In this document: positions 1-9,420 of the stretch, in pieces
How positions within the stretch are numbered: the first letter of the stretch is position 1
Layout of the letters: every line of letters starts with the position of its first letter
DNA from: a virus
Taxonomy: Duplodnaviria > Caudoviricetes
Reading direction: 5' to 3' (one strand)
IMG/VR virus record: IMGVR_UViG_3300007214_000006
Length of the DNA: 64,000 nucleotides
Translations under genes and position numbers: made by a program
Notes under the pieces: generated by a model
The model's database searches: none
Seen by the model: the letters and a program-made list of their open reading frames with translations, nothing else
Told to the model about the DNA's origin: nothing

Positions 1-34
1 AAATTATACAGACTTAGATTCTTTATATTTAGAT

Positions 35-3000
35 ATGGAAAATGACGGTTGCGGAATAAATGATTGTTGTCCTCATAGGAGTGTTAATTGTTGTGAAAGA
101 AAACCATCCAGCAGAGTTACTTATTATGAATTAACACATTCAGAAGCAGAAATTTTAAAAAATGATCCAAGAATAGAATCGATAGAATTAGGTATCCAAG
201 AGCAAAAAGATATCAAAATTGTTTTGTCAAATAATCAAACAGAATGTCCAGATGGATTATATCCATCAAATTGGTATTGCTGCCCAAGTGGTGGCGCCGC
301 ATCAGAACTTCAATATTGCGGAATTACCGGACTGAATTATATTCCTCCACCATCATCTTATATTCAGTCTAATGCTGTATGTTCCAAAGAATCAAAGTAT
401 ACATCTAGTTCTCATCGAAGTAGTAAAAATTGGGGATTAGCATATTGTTCTTATACTGGCATTTTACCAAATTGGAGCGATATTGGATATGTGGAAAATA
501 TTCCAAGTGGGAAAGTTACTAATCCAGTCGGATATACTTGGGGTAGCGAAGTAGAAATTCCATTTTATATACCATTACAAACCGGAATAAGCCCAGATCT
601 AGTATTTGATATCAATTTTAATTCTAATGCTCTGGGACAGAATGTTGACATAGTAATAATAGATGGTCCTGTTTATACTGGTCATCCAGAATTTGCAGTA
701 AATTCGGATGGTACTGGAGGATCTAGATTTATACCGTACAATTGGTTTCAGCACGATCCAGAAGTAAGGGGATATTACAATCCTTCACTCTATATATATA
801 AAATCGGTGCCAACGAACAAGGCATAGATCACGGCACCCACGTGGCGAGTACAGCTGCTGGAAACACACAAGGTTGGGCCAAAAAAGCTAATATATACAA
901 TATTAATATATTTGATGGTCAAATTAGTCCTTATCTTTGTTTTGATTATGTAAAAGCCTTTCATAGAAGTAAACAAGGTAGTAGGCCAACAATAGTCAAC
1001 TGTTCTTGGAAATTTTTTGGAGAAGTTGCCAATGCTATTGGGGCAATACACACTTATCCTAGCGGAGAACCTCTTCCTTCCGGATACGTCTGCCACTATC
1101 CAAAATGCGACTTCCCACCTCCAGCACCATATTACGGTGAAATAAAAAGTATAGTTTATCAAAACATCGAACATAGTGGAAGATTCATATTTGACCATAT
1201 ACAAAATAAATGCGAACCACCAAAATGGGATAATGGAGATCCTGTATTTCCATCTGGTTATTGTTGTGATATGCATCCGAATCTCTGGACACCAGAAGTA
1301 GACACAAACTGCTTATTTAAGGATACCCCATATTGCGTGTGCTTAAAGACACCGTCCCCGATAGTATTCGAAAATGAATTAAGAATTAGATCACTATATT
1401 ATGATCCTAATAGTCATAGCAGAGATGATATTCTTGGATCGGATTTTACCAATGGGACTATAAGTTTTAATGATGTTGGATTTAATTTTAGGAGAATGTA
1501 CGTCGCCTGCTCAGACAAACCTATTGATCCTACAGATATATGGTTTGACGGCCCAGCGTATGCTCAGTATGCATTTTATGATGATGTCGTATTAGATCAA
1601 ATTAATGCTGACATCAACGATCTTGTTGATGAGGGAGTAACAGTAATTTGTGCTGCCGCCAATGACAATAGATATTTAGCAGCATCTGGGGATATCAATT
1701 ATAATAATAAAATTATCCGATATGATGGTAAAGAACATTACTATATGAGAGGGGGCACACCATTAACGCCTAAAACGATTGTTGTTGGAGCATTATCAAA
1801 TGAAAATTTTTCGTCATCAATAGATCCAATTCGTAAACCATCTATTGCTAATTTTTCTAATAAAGGACCTGGAGTAGATATATGGGCACCAGGAACAGAC
1901 ATACTAGGTGCTGTATCTAGTAACAGTAGAAATGCTTTTAATGATAGTAGAGATCTAACCGGAAATTCTTTTCTCAACTATTTAAGCGGAACAAGCATGG
2001 CTTCTCCTCAAGTAGCTGGGGTTTTAGCGTGCTTATCATCTATCAGGTCGATAGATTCATCAAACGCAAAAGAAGTACTAACTTCGTATGCTAAATCAAA
2101 TAGTATTTATCATGGCTACGAAACATACACACCAGCACCAACGGGATATGGTCCATATTTTAGTCTGATATTAAATCCATTAAATAGTGGATTGGTCTTA
2201 CAAAATCCGTACGCTACTGCGACAATAAAAAAAGATGCCTCAGTGTATTTTGATGTTTCAACAGGTATTATGGAGCTTGATCCTGGTGATCACATTCTAC
2301 GATCATTTAGTATTACATATGCAGATATTGTAAGTAATGTTACTTATAATACACCTGGCCCATTTATTTGCAATTATGGATGTGAAACTGGCTTTCCACA
2401 ACCACACCCAGCTGTATCGACAGCAACAGAAAAAAGATTATTTCCTGCTGGAGCATGGATGGTGTCACAAGAATGGAAATCAAGAATAGCAGGTGTCGTA
2501 GGATTCTCTCCAACTCTTGCTACATCAGGAAATAATAGCGCATCTACTAATGGTTGGATCGACAAGCGATGGAATTTTGGTGTTGTAATACCTCCAAATT
2601 CTCTTAGCGTTAGCGAAGCTCAAACAAGATTTGTAAGCCATAGCATACAAGCTTCAGTTGATTTACCGGATTTTGGATATGGAGCACCAGGAAAAGGAGT
2701 ATTTTCCTATAGTACTCCTGATGGACTAGTATTATACGGTCGAGTTTTTGTATATGATTCTTCCATCCCCACGCCCACCCCAACACAAACACAAACTCCT
2801 ACTCCAACGCCTACCCGAAATACGCCGACACCAACGCCTACTAAGCCATTGAAAATTACTATAATAAAATCTAGTGGCGATCCTATTACTATATCTTGTG
2901 GCCCCGACACATACATCTTGGATGCTGCCGAACAGAATAATATTTCTCTGCCTTATGTTTGTAGAGCGGGAACTTGTGGCACTTGTATTTCTACTTTAGC

Positions 3001-3448
3001 TAGTGGAATAATAGATCAAAGCGATCAAAGTTATTTGGATTCTGACCAAGTATCAGAAGGATGTATTTTGAGTTGTGTTTCTGTGCCTTTGAGTGATACA
3101 ATTATATATGTTCCAGGTTCATGTTCTATACATGCTCCTACCGCCACTCCGACTCCTACCCAGACTCCAACAAAAAGTGTTACTCCCACTAAAACTCCAA
3201 CACCAACTCCTACTATTACACCAAGCCAAACTCGTCGGTTAAGAGCGTCTTTTACTGATGTAATTCAAGAAGTTAGATTACCTAACCAAATAGATAATAC
3301 AAAAACAAAAAATGGTTCTGTTGTTGTTTCATGTTCTAGAACGGGCAAATATTTTACACTAGATACTGCCGTTAACAAGACAAATGTGGATGATGTTGCT
3401 AATCTTTATAAAGATAGATTTGACGATCCTGATTACTATGGATACTAA
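35..3448 (+). CDS. S8 subtilisin-like serine protease fused to a plant-type [2Fe-2S] ferredoxin domain; probably 5'-truncated by the window edge
   Basis: Catalytic triad motifs IVIIDG (Asp), HGTHVAS (His), GTSMASPQVAG (Ser); oxyanion-region AAANDN; NFSNKGPGVDIWAPG. Ferredoxin CRAGTCGTC...GCILSCVSVP at 2852-3112. The frame is open from base 2 (NYTDLDSLYLD-MEND), so the true start is likely upstream of the window. Confidence 0.9.
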   Translation: MENDGCGINDCCPHRSVNCCERKPSSRVTYYELTHSEAEILKNDPRIESIELGIQEQKDIKIVLSNNQTECPDGLYPSNWYCCPSGGAASELQYCGITGLNYIPPPSSYIQSNAVCSKESKYTSSSHRSSKNWGLAYCSYTGILPNWSDIGYVENIPSGKVTNPVGYTWGSEVEIPFYIPLQTGISPDLVFDINFNSNALGQNVDIVIIDGPVYTGHPEFAVNSDGTGGSRFIPYNWFQHDPEVRGYYNPSLYIYKIGANEQGIDHGTHVASTAAGNTQGWAKKANIYNINIFDGQISPYLCFDYVKAFHRSKQGSRPTIVNCSWKFFGEVANAIGAIHTYPSGEPLPSGYVCHYPKCDFPPPAPYYGEIKSIVYQNIEHSGRFIFDHIQNKCEPPKWDNGDPVFPSGYCCDMHPNLWTPEVDTNCLFKDTPYCVCLKTPSPIVFENELRIRSLYYDPNSHSRDDILGSDFTNGTISFNDVGFNFRRMYVACSDKPIDPTDIWFDGPAYAQYAFYDDVVLDQINADINDLVDEGVTVICAAANDNRYLAASGDINYNNKIIRYDGKEHYYMRGGTPLTPKTIVVGALSNENFSSSIDPIRKPSIANFSNKGPGVDIWAPGTDILGAVSSNSRNAFNDSRDLTGNSFLNYLSGTSMASPQVAGVLACLSSIRSIDSSNAKEVLTSYAKSNSIYHGYETYTPAPTGYGPYFSLILNPLNSGLVLQNPYATATIKKDASVYFDVSTGIMELDPGDHILRSFSITYADIVSNVTYNTPGPFICNYGCETGFPQPHPAVSTATEKRLFPAGAWMVSQEWKSRIAGVVGFSPTLATSGNNSASTNGWIDKRWNFGVVIPPNSLSVSEAQTRFVSHSIQASVDLPDFGYGAPGKGVFSYSTPDGLVLYGRVFVYDSSIPTPTPTQTQTPTPTPTRNTPTPTPTKPLKITIIKSSGDPITISCGPDTYILDAAEQNNISLPYVCRAGTCGTCISTLASGIIDQSDQSYLDSDQVSEGCILSCVSVPLSDTIIYVPGSCSIHAPTATPTPTQTPTKSVTPTKTPTPTPTITPSQTRRLRASFTDVIQEVRLPNQIDNTKTKNGSVVVSCSRTGKYFTLDTAVNKTNVDDVANLYKDRFDDPDYYGY
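2768..2842 (+). repeat. Pro/Thr (PT) linker repeat N-terminal to the ferredoxin domain
   Basis: PTPTPTQTQTPTPTPTRNTPTPTPT. Confidence 0.9.
3137..3232 (+). repeat. Pro/Thr (PT) linker repeat C-terminal to the ferredoxin domain
   Basis: PTATPTPTQTPTKSVTPTKTPTPTPTITPSQT. Confidence 0.9.
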
Positions 3449-3462
3449 TTTGTTATATATAA

Positions 3463-3474
3463 TGGTGTATAATA
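3463..3474 (+). promoter_or_regulatory. TGGTGTATAATA motif, candidate phage-specific promoter
   Basis: Intergenic; exact 12-mer repeated at 6731; upstream of SD AAGGAG and ATG 3499. Confidence 0.55.
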
Positions 3475-3498
3475 ATATTATCAATAAAGGAGCATATT

Positions 3499-3738
3499 AT
3501 GGCTTTAGATATAAAAAAAAGCAAAGTTGATAATTTAATTAAAAACGGTTCTATTATTGTTAGCGTGTTAGTAACTGGACCAACATCTAAAAACCTATTG
3601 AATACATATGTTAGCAATGCTCCTAAGATAGAGGATATTGAAAATAAATATGATAATTTATTAGATGAAATCAATTATTATGGCGGTGGCGGCGGTGGCG
3701 GCGGTGGTAATATTAACGGCAATGTATTAGGAGTCTAA
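3499..3738 (+). CDS. Small hypothetical protein, paralog of the subtilase C-terminal module, with poly-Gly tail
   Basis: SD AAAGGAG; KNGSIIVS...IEDIENKYDNLLDEINYYG aligns with subtilase tail KNGSVVVS...VDDVANLYKDRFDDPDYYG; Gly9 at 3682-3708. Confidence 0.75.
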   Translation: MALDIKKSKVDNLIKNGSIIVSVLVTGPTSKNLLNTYVSNAPKIEDIENKYDNLLDEINYYGGGGGGGGGNINGNVLGV

Positions 3739-3744
3739 TTACCA

Positions 3745-5403
3745 ATGCCAATTATAAGAATTAACGAATTACCAGAAAATACTAATATTAGTGGTAATGA
3801 TTTATTGGTAACTATGGATGATCCTAATGGCGCTGCTATCACAAAAAAAATTACTGTAAATTCATTATTGTCTCTTGGTTCTGGCGCCCAAGGACCACAA
3901 GGAAATCAAGGCTTTCAGGGTGCTCAAGGCAACCAAGGAAACACTGGAGCACAAGGTCCGCAGGGTACTCAAGGACTTACTGGACCACAAGGTTCAAGCG
4001 GAGCCCAGGGAAATCAGGGTTTTCAGGGAAATCAAGGTTACCAAGGTAGTCCAGACGGTAATCAAGGGCCAGACGGTAATCAAGGTCCTGACGGTAATCA
4101 AGGTCCCGACGGTAATCAAGGACCAGACGGTAATCAAGGTCCTCAAGGAGATCAAGGTTATCAGGGTTATCAAGGTGATCAGGGTAATCAAGGCGATCAG
4201 GGCTACCAAGGTTTTCAAGGTCCGCAAGGAGACGAAGGACCACAAGGTAGTCAATCTTTTAATTATATGGGAACTTATAACAATGGCATAACATATAATG
4301 AAGGAGATGCTGTCACATATGATGGTTCTTTATATGTAATGACTAATTTTATTGGTGCTGCTGGTTATATTCCCCCATCTTATCCAGCAAATTGGGAATT
4401 AGTTTTGAGTAAAGGAGATCAAGGTGATCAGGGTAATCAAGGATATCAAGGCGATCAGGGCAACCAAGGATATCAAGGTGACCAGGGTAATCAAGGCTAT
4501 CAAGGCGATCAAGGTAATCAAGGCTATCAAGGCGACCAAGGTTATCAAGGAGAAGCAGGGTTTTCTGGCAACCAAGGACCACAAGGAGATCAAGGGTACC
4601 AAGGGTATCAAGGTGATCAGGGTTATCAAGGGGATCAGGGTTATCTAGGAACTCAAGGCGATCAGGGCAACCAAGGATATCAAGGCGATCAAGGCTACCA
4701 AGGCTATCAGGGCGATCAAGGCTATCAGGGCGATCAAGGCTATCAAGGTTACCAAGGAGATCAAGGTGTTCAAGGAGATATTGGGCCTCAAGGTATTGAT
4801 CCTGGCCCTCAAGGAGACCAAGGTAATCAAGGCTATCAAGGCGACCAGGGCAACCAAGGCGACAATGGTAATCAGGGCGATCAAGGATACCAAGGATATC
4901 AAGGAGATCAAGGATACCAAGGTTACCAAGGCGACCAGGGTTATCAAGGATATCAAGGCGACCAAGGATATCAAGGCGACCAAGGTGTTCAAGGAGATAT
5001 TGGACCTCAAGGTATTGATCCTGGTCCTCAAGGCGATCAAGGTTATCAAGGATATCAAGGCGACCAAGGTTATCAAGGCGATCAAGGGTATCAAGGTGAC
5101 CAGGGCTACCAAGGCTATCAAGGCGACCAAGGATATCAAGGGCATCAAGGCGACCAAGGTTATCAAGGCGATCAAGGCTACCAAGGTTACCAAGGCGATC
5201 AGGGCTACCAAGGCGACCAAGGTTATCAAGGATATCAAGGCTACCAAGGTTATCAAGGCGATCAGGGCTACCAAGGTGATCAAGGGCCTGATGGATTACC
5301 GGGCACATCCTTAGATATTAATACCTTGCCGACTAGTGATCCACTTGTTGCTGGACAAGTTTGGAGAGATGGAACAACACTTAAGGTTAGTTTAGGACCT
5401 TGA
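3745..5403 (+). CDS. Collagen-like fibre protein (Gly-X-Gln repeats) with an internal CBM5/12-like module
   Basis: Over 100 G-X-Y triplets, Y almost always Gln; N-term MPIIRINELP typical of phage virion appendage proteins; GTYNNGITYNEGDAVTYDGSLY...W at about 4258-4407. Confidence 0.9.
   Translation: MPIIRINELPENTNISGNDLLVTMDDPNGAAITKKITVNSLLSLGSGAQGPQGNQGFQGAQGNQGNTGAQGPQGTQGLTGPQGSSGAQGNQGFQGNQGYQGSPDGNQGPDGNQGPDGNQGPDGNQGPDGNQGPQGDQGYQGYQGDQGNQGDQGYQGFQGPQGDEGPQGSQSFNYMGTYNNGITYNEGDAVTYDGSLYVMTNFIGAAGYIPPSYPANWELVLSKGDQGDQGNQGYQGDQGNQGYQGDQGNQGYQGDQGNQGYQGDQGYQGEAGFSGNQGPQGDQGYQGYQGDQGYQGDQGYLGTQGDQGNQGYQGDQGYQGYQGDQGYQGDQGYQGYQGDQGVQGDIGPQGIDPGPQGDQGNQGYQGDQGNQGDNGNQGDQGYQGYQGDQGYQGYQGDQGYQGYQGDQGYQGDQGVQGDIGPQGIDPGPQGDQGYQGYQGDQGYQGDQGYQGDQGYQGYQGDQGYQGHQGDQGYQGDQGYQGYQGDQGYQGDQGYQGYQGYQGYQGDQGYQGDQGPDGLPGTSLDINTLPTSDPLVAGQVWRDGTTLKVSLGP
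4051..4140 (+). repeat. 5 x 18-nt tandem repeat encoding (PDGNQG)5
   Basis: ccagacggtaatcaaggN repeated five times with synonymous variation. Confidence 0.9.
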
Positions 5404-5476
5404 TAGGAGATACATTTATTTTACTATAATTAGTAAGTATAATTGTTGATCTAATCCTATTAAAAAATATAAATGC

Positions 5477-6721
5477 ATGAAATTTTCTATTATAACCCCA
5501 ACACATAAAAATATTAATTATATTTTTGATTTATATAATTCTTTAAAAAACCAGACCTATTCTAATTGGGAATGGATAATATGGATTAACGGGACCGCAA
5601 CACATGATTTTTTATCTATATTAAATAAAGACGATAAAATAAAAATTTATACAGATTATTCTAATAATACCAATGTTGGATACCACAAAAATAAAGCTTT
5701 TAATTTAGGGTCTGGAGATGTATTAGTAGAAGTTGATCATGACGATATCTTATTGCCACAGTGCTTACAAAAATTATATGATATATATTCAAAAAATAAT
5801 GACATTGGTTTTGTATATTCTGATAACGCCAAACTTTCCGATAGCTTCAGACCATATAGCGAATCACACGGCTGGAAACATTCAAAAATTACATTCGAAA
5901 ATAAGACTCTATGGGTTCCGCAATCCTTTGAAGCATCAAGCCATTCTATATCATTGATTTGGTATGGGCCGGATCATGTCAGATCATGGAGAAAAGATAT
6001 ATACCATAAAGTAGGTGGTCATAATATAAATTTAAATATATTAGATGATCAAGAACTGGTAATAAAAACATATTTACAAACAAAATTTTTCCACATACAA
6101 GAACCACTATATGTTTATAGAATACATGGACAAAATACTTGGCTTGAAAGGAATAAGCAAATACAATCAGGAACCATAGAGCTTCGCAATAAATGGATCA
6201 AATCTTTGGCAGAAAGAGATGCTTACTTACAAAATTTGCAGATGATAGATATAGGTGGAGGAATAGATGGAAAACCAGGATATATAACTATCGATCAAGA
6301 GGGCGGAGATATTAATTGTGATCTTAACGAAGGTATTCCTATGCCAGATAATTCTTGCTATGTAATTAATGCTAGTCATATAATAGAACATTTAAAAGAT
6401 CCATTCAAAACTATGAAAGAAATACATAGGGTTTTAGCTCATGGCGGCTGGTCATTTATAGAAGTTCCATCAACAGATGGCAGGGGAGCTTTTCAAGACC
6501 CAACCCACGTTTCATTTTGGAACGAAAATAGTTTTTGGTATTACACAAAAAAAGAGCAAGCCAGATATATAAGAAATAATACCATAAAATTCCAAACCCA
6601 TAGATTAGAAACATCATATCCATCAGATTGGTGGAAGAAACACAATATTCCTGTTGTTTATGCGGACCTAATCTGCATCAAAAATAACGATCATCGATTT
6701 CCTGGGTTATTAGAAATATGA
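5477..6721 (+). CDS. GT2 glycosyltransferase fused to a class I SAM-dependent methyltransferase
   Basis: FSIITPTH start, EVDHDD (DxD-like) motif; C-terminal IDIGGG, HIIEHL, EIHRVLAHGG, AFQDPTHVSFW. Confidence 0.85.
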   Translation: MKFSIITPTHKNINYIFDLYNSLKNQTYSNWEWIIWINGTATHDFLSILNKDDKIKIYTDYSNNTNVGYHKNKAFNLGSGDVLVEVDHDDILLPQCLQKLYDIYSKNNDIGFVYSDNAKLSDSFRPYSESHGWKHSKITFENKTLWVPQSFEASSHSISLIWYGPDHVRSWRKDIYHKVGGHNINLNILDDQELVIKTYLQTKFFHIQEPLYVYRIHGQNTWLERNKQIQSGTIELRNKWIKSLAERDAYLQNLQMIDIGGGIDGKPGYITIDQEGGDINCDLNEGIPMPDNSCYVINASHIIEHLKDPFKTMKEIHRVLAHGGWSFIEVPSTDGRGAFQDPTHVSFWNENSFWYYTKKEQARYIRNNTIKFQTHRLETSYPSDWWKKHNIPVVYADLICIKNNDHRFPGLLEI

Positions 6722-6730
6722 TCAATTAGA

Positions 6731-6742
6731 TGGTGTATAATA
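6731..6742 (+). promoter_or_regulatory. TGGTGTATAATA motif, candidate phage-specific promoter
   Basis: Intergenic, identical to 3463-3474. Confidence 0.55.
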
Positions 6743-6789
6743 ATTTTGTGACAAGTCTATAAATTTTATTATGAATATAGGTAATATCT

Positions 6790-7137
6790 ATGATTAAACC
6801 TGGTTACAGAACTAGTGAATTTTGGTTTACCCTTGTAAGTTTTATATTTAGTGGATTTTATTTGGTTGGTATTATCAACGATAATAGTCAAAAAGAGGAT
6901 TTAATTAGAGATGTTAGTCATGGTGTAGAAAGCGTGATATTGATAGGCGGCCAATTAGCTTTATTATGGAAATATATGAATAGCAGAAAAGAAATCAAAA
7001 AAACTTGGTGGGATACTGCCACCAAAGAAGAGAGAACAATGGTTGTAGAAAAAAATATCAAACCAATAATTTCTAAACCTAAAAAAGTTACCAAACCCAA
7101 AATCACAAAAAAATCTAAAAAGCCACCAAATAAATAG
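6790..7137 (+). CDS. Small membrane protein, possible holin
   Basis: KPGYRTSEFW start, one clear and one weak hydrophobic segment, very Lys-rich C-terminus. Confidence 0.45.
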   Translation: MIKPGYRTSEFWFTLVSFIFSGFYLVGIINDNSQKEDLIRDVSHGVESVILIGGQLALLWKYMNSRKEIKKTWWDTATKEERTMVVEKNIKPIISKPKKVTKPKITKKSKKPPNK

Positions 7138-7148
7138 ATCATATTCTA

Positions 7149-7161
7149 CGGTGTATTACTA
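7149..7161 (+). promoter_or_regulatory. GGTGTATTACT variant of the intergenic motif
   Basis: Intergenic, upstream of SD AAGGA and ATG 7202. Confidence 0.4.
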
Positions 7162-7201
7162 ATATAAGACCCCACACCCTGCCAAAATAAAAAAGGACAA
7201 T

Positions 7202-7645
7202 ATGCTAGATATAGATATACAAAATATTGTTAATGAAGAATTAAAAAAGTTAGAGACAGAAACAAAAAATTCTATAAAAGAAATAAAAAATATAGCAATT
7301 AATCAGGCTTGGAAAATTCTGCAGCTTACGATTGCTTCTACGATACAAATCATTGAAAAGTCGGCAGAGGATATGGCCGGAAAGGATAAAAAAACCATAG
7401 CATTAAATGCAATATCTAAATTTTATGATAATGTGTTTATGGTTGTAAATGTTCCTTTTATTCCCAGCATATTAGAAGGGATGCTACATAAATATGTAAA
7501 AATTTTTCTAATGAGTCTTGTTGGCTCAAGTATAGATGCTATGGTTACAACATTTAGGCAAGTTGGTATATTTAAAACTAAGGATCAAATAAAATCTTTA
7601 TCCTTCAAAAAAACGAAACCAAAAACTAAAAGGAAAAACAAATGA
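7202..7645 (+). CDS. Hypothetical protein (weak resemblance to LL-H-type holin GxEKK motif)
   Basis: SD AAGGA; MAGKDKKTIAL; helical, basic tail. Confidence 0.5.
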   Translation: MLDIDIQNIVNEELKKLETETKNSIKEIKNIAINQAWKILQLTIASTIQIIEKSAEDMAGKDKKTIALNAISKFYDNVFMVVNVPFIPSILEGMLHKYVKIFLMSLVGSSIDAMVTTFRQVGIFKTKDQIKSLSFKKTKPKTKRKNK

Positions 7646-7995
7646 ATTACACAGAAACATTTAATGATTTTGCCACGAGAGTTTCTACTTTGGATCTTGC
7701 TTTGTATGCTGGAATAGGATTGGTACTATGGACTCTGTTTAAAGATAAACTAAGTCCTGTGCAAAAATTTTTACTAGATTTTACAAATAATATAAAATCA
7801 AAATCAGATTCTGAAAAAAGCACTACGATTACCACTCCAATCGTAAATAAAGAAGATATATTTTTTGAATTGGTTTCATCATGGAAAAATACAAGAGATC
7901 TTGCTGTTCGAAGTAATTGCGAACAAGCAGTAAAAGTTGCTGATCAAATGTTTCCGTTTTTAAGTCCAAATTCTTGTCAAACAAAATCAGAATAA
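7642..7995 (+). CDS. Hypothetical membrane-anchored protein
   Basis: ATGA overlap with upstream gene; hydrophobic LALYAGIGLVLWTLF. Confidence 0.65.
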   Translation: MNYTETFNDFATRVSTLDLALYAGIGLVLWTLFKDKLSPVQKFLLDFTNNIKSKSDSEKSTTITTPIVNKEDIFFELVSSWKNTRDLAVRSNCEQAVKVADQMFPFLSPNSCQTKSE

Positions 7996-8008
7996 TAAAG
8001 GATAAAAA

Positions 8009-8491
8009 ATGAATAATAAAGCATTATTAACTATAGCAGGATTACTTATAGCTATTGGATTAATTAAACCTGATTTTTCTAATTTAACGCCAATTAAGAA
8101 ACCAAGCAACAACATCGTATTGTTAGATGTTCCAGCAGACGCAGCTATTAAGAAAGAATGTGATGATGTCACAAAAATTTTAAAATCGGGGTCGCCAAAT
8201 GATGCTGTTAGATTAAGAGATTTGTTTCTTGATATTTCTAAATTAATAGAATTAGATGGAGAAGATCTGGTAATTAAAACTACGGAAGAAATTCGTCAAG
8301 CTAATAGTTTAGCCGGGCCTATGCTAAAGCTAGATATCAAGGGTAAATATCCTAATCTTGCTAATGAGTCCAAAGAAGTAATAGTGGCCGTTATAGGCGA
8401 TGATAGTGTGCCATTAACTGTAGAATTGAGGAAACAAGCTGTTAATGCTTTTAAATATTTGGCATGGGCGTGTAATGAAGGAGCAAAATAA
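8009..8491 (+). CDS. Hypothetical protein with N-terminal signal/membrane anchor
   Basis: SD AAGGA; ALLTIAGLLIAIGLI. Confidence 0.7.
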   Translation: MNNKALLTIAGLLIAIGLIKPDFSNLTPIKKPSNNIVLLDVPADAAIKKECDDVTKILKSGSPNDAVRLRDLFLDISKLIELDGEDLVIKTTEEIRQANSLAGPMLKLDIKGKYPNLANESKEVIVAVIGDDSVPLTVELRKQAVNAFKYLAWACNEGAK

Positions 8492-9420
8492 TGTCAAGAT
8501 TATCCCCTCAAGATCTGTATAACAATTATCGTAAAGGATTTAGTGGATGTTTGTGGGAACAGCATATATTTGATCATCTAATAGAGGTTAGTAAATATCC
8601 TATGTTTGGAGATGCTATTGGTAGTAGATTTAAAAATAGTGGAAAAGGCAAATTATCTACCCCGTACAAAAGTGTATTGAAGTTTGATAAAAAATCTTAT
8701 GATGAAAGACAAACAACAGGAGATTGTGTTAGCCATGCAACGCGAAATGCTTGTGATGTTAGTAGAGCTGTAGAGATAGATATAGAAGGACAAAAAGAAG
8801 CTTGGATAGCAAGAGGAGCCACAGAAGCTATCTATGGTGCTCGCGGTCATGGTGGTCAAGGTATGAGTTGCGCACGAGCAGCAGAATTTGTTAGTAAAAA
8901 TGGCGGTATTTTATTAAGGAAAAACTACAAAGGAGTAGCGGACTTTAGCAAATATAACGGTAATCTGGGAGCAGGATGGGGCGCAAGAGGCTTGCCCGAT
9001 GTTGTTATAGATGCTGCTAATGATCATCAAATCCAAACCGTGAGTTTGGTGAGAACAGTAGAAGAAGCACGAGACGCATTAGCTAATGGATATGGATTAT
9101 CTGTGTGTTCTAATTATGGATTTAGTAATAAAAGAGATAAAAAAGGCATTAGTAATACGAGTGGGCATTGGGCCCATGCTATGGCATGGATAGCGTGTGA
9201 TGATACGGGAAGCGAGCCCTTGTTTCTGGTACAAAATAGCTGGGGTAAATGGAATGATGGTGGTCATCCAGAATGGGGTCCTATTCCGGACGGATCATTT
9301 TTAATACGAGCAGAAGTTGCGGCCGGTATGCTAGGAGCTAATGCTAGCTATGCTTTTAGCAACTTTGACGGATTTCCTGTGCAAAAATTACCAGACTATG
9401 GTTTTGGGGAGTACCTATAA
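8491..9420 (+). CDS. Papain-family (C1) cysteine peptidase
   Basis: Q-TTGD-C-VSHA (oxyanion Gln and catalytic Cys), GHWA-H-AM (His), FLVQ-N-SWG (Asn); TAATG coupling. Confidence 0.85.
   Translation: MSRLSPQDLYNNYRKGFSGCLWEQHIFDHLIEVSKYPMFGDAIGSRFKNSGKGKLSTPYKSVLKFDKKSYDERQTTGDCVSHATRNACDVSRAVEIDIEGQKEAWIARGATEAIYGARGHGGQGMSCARAAEFVSKNGGILLRKNYKGVADFSKYNGNLGAGWGARGLPDVVIDAANDHQIQTVSLVRTVEEARDALANGYGLSVCSNYGFSNKRDKKGISNTSGHWAHAMAWIACDDTGSEPLFLVQNSWGKWNDGGHPEWGPIPDGSFLIRAEVAAGMLGANASYAFSNFDGFPVQKLPDYGFGEYL

Noticed and set aside
2344-2355. Minus-strand GGTGTATTATA copy of the promoter-like motif inside the subtilase gene
   Set aside because: It lies in coding sequence (YNTPG) with no credible downstream gene and is consistent with chance occurrence.
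4051-4140. Regular short repeats resembling a CRISPR array
   Set aside because: Tandem 18-mers without unique spacers, in frame within the collagen ORF.
3875-5314. Long alternative-frame and antisense ORFs over the collagen gene (3875-4291, 4349-5308, 4645-5283, 4766-5314 etc.)
   Set aside because: They are by-products of the stop-free GXQ repeat, low-complexity and without ribosome-binding sites.
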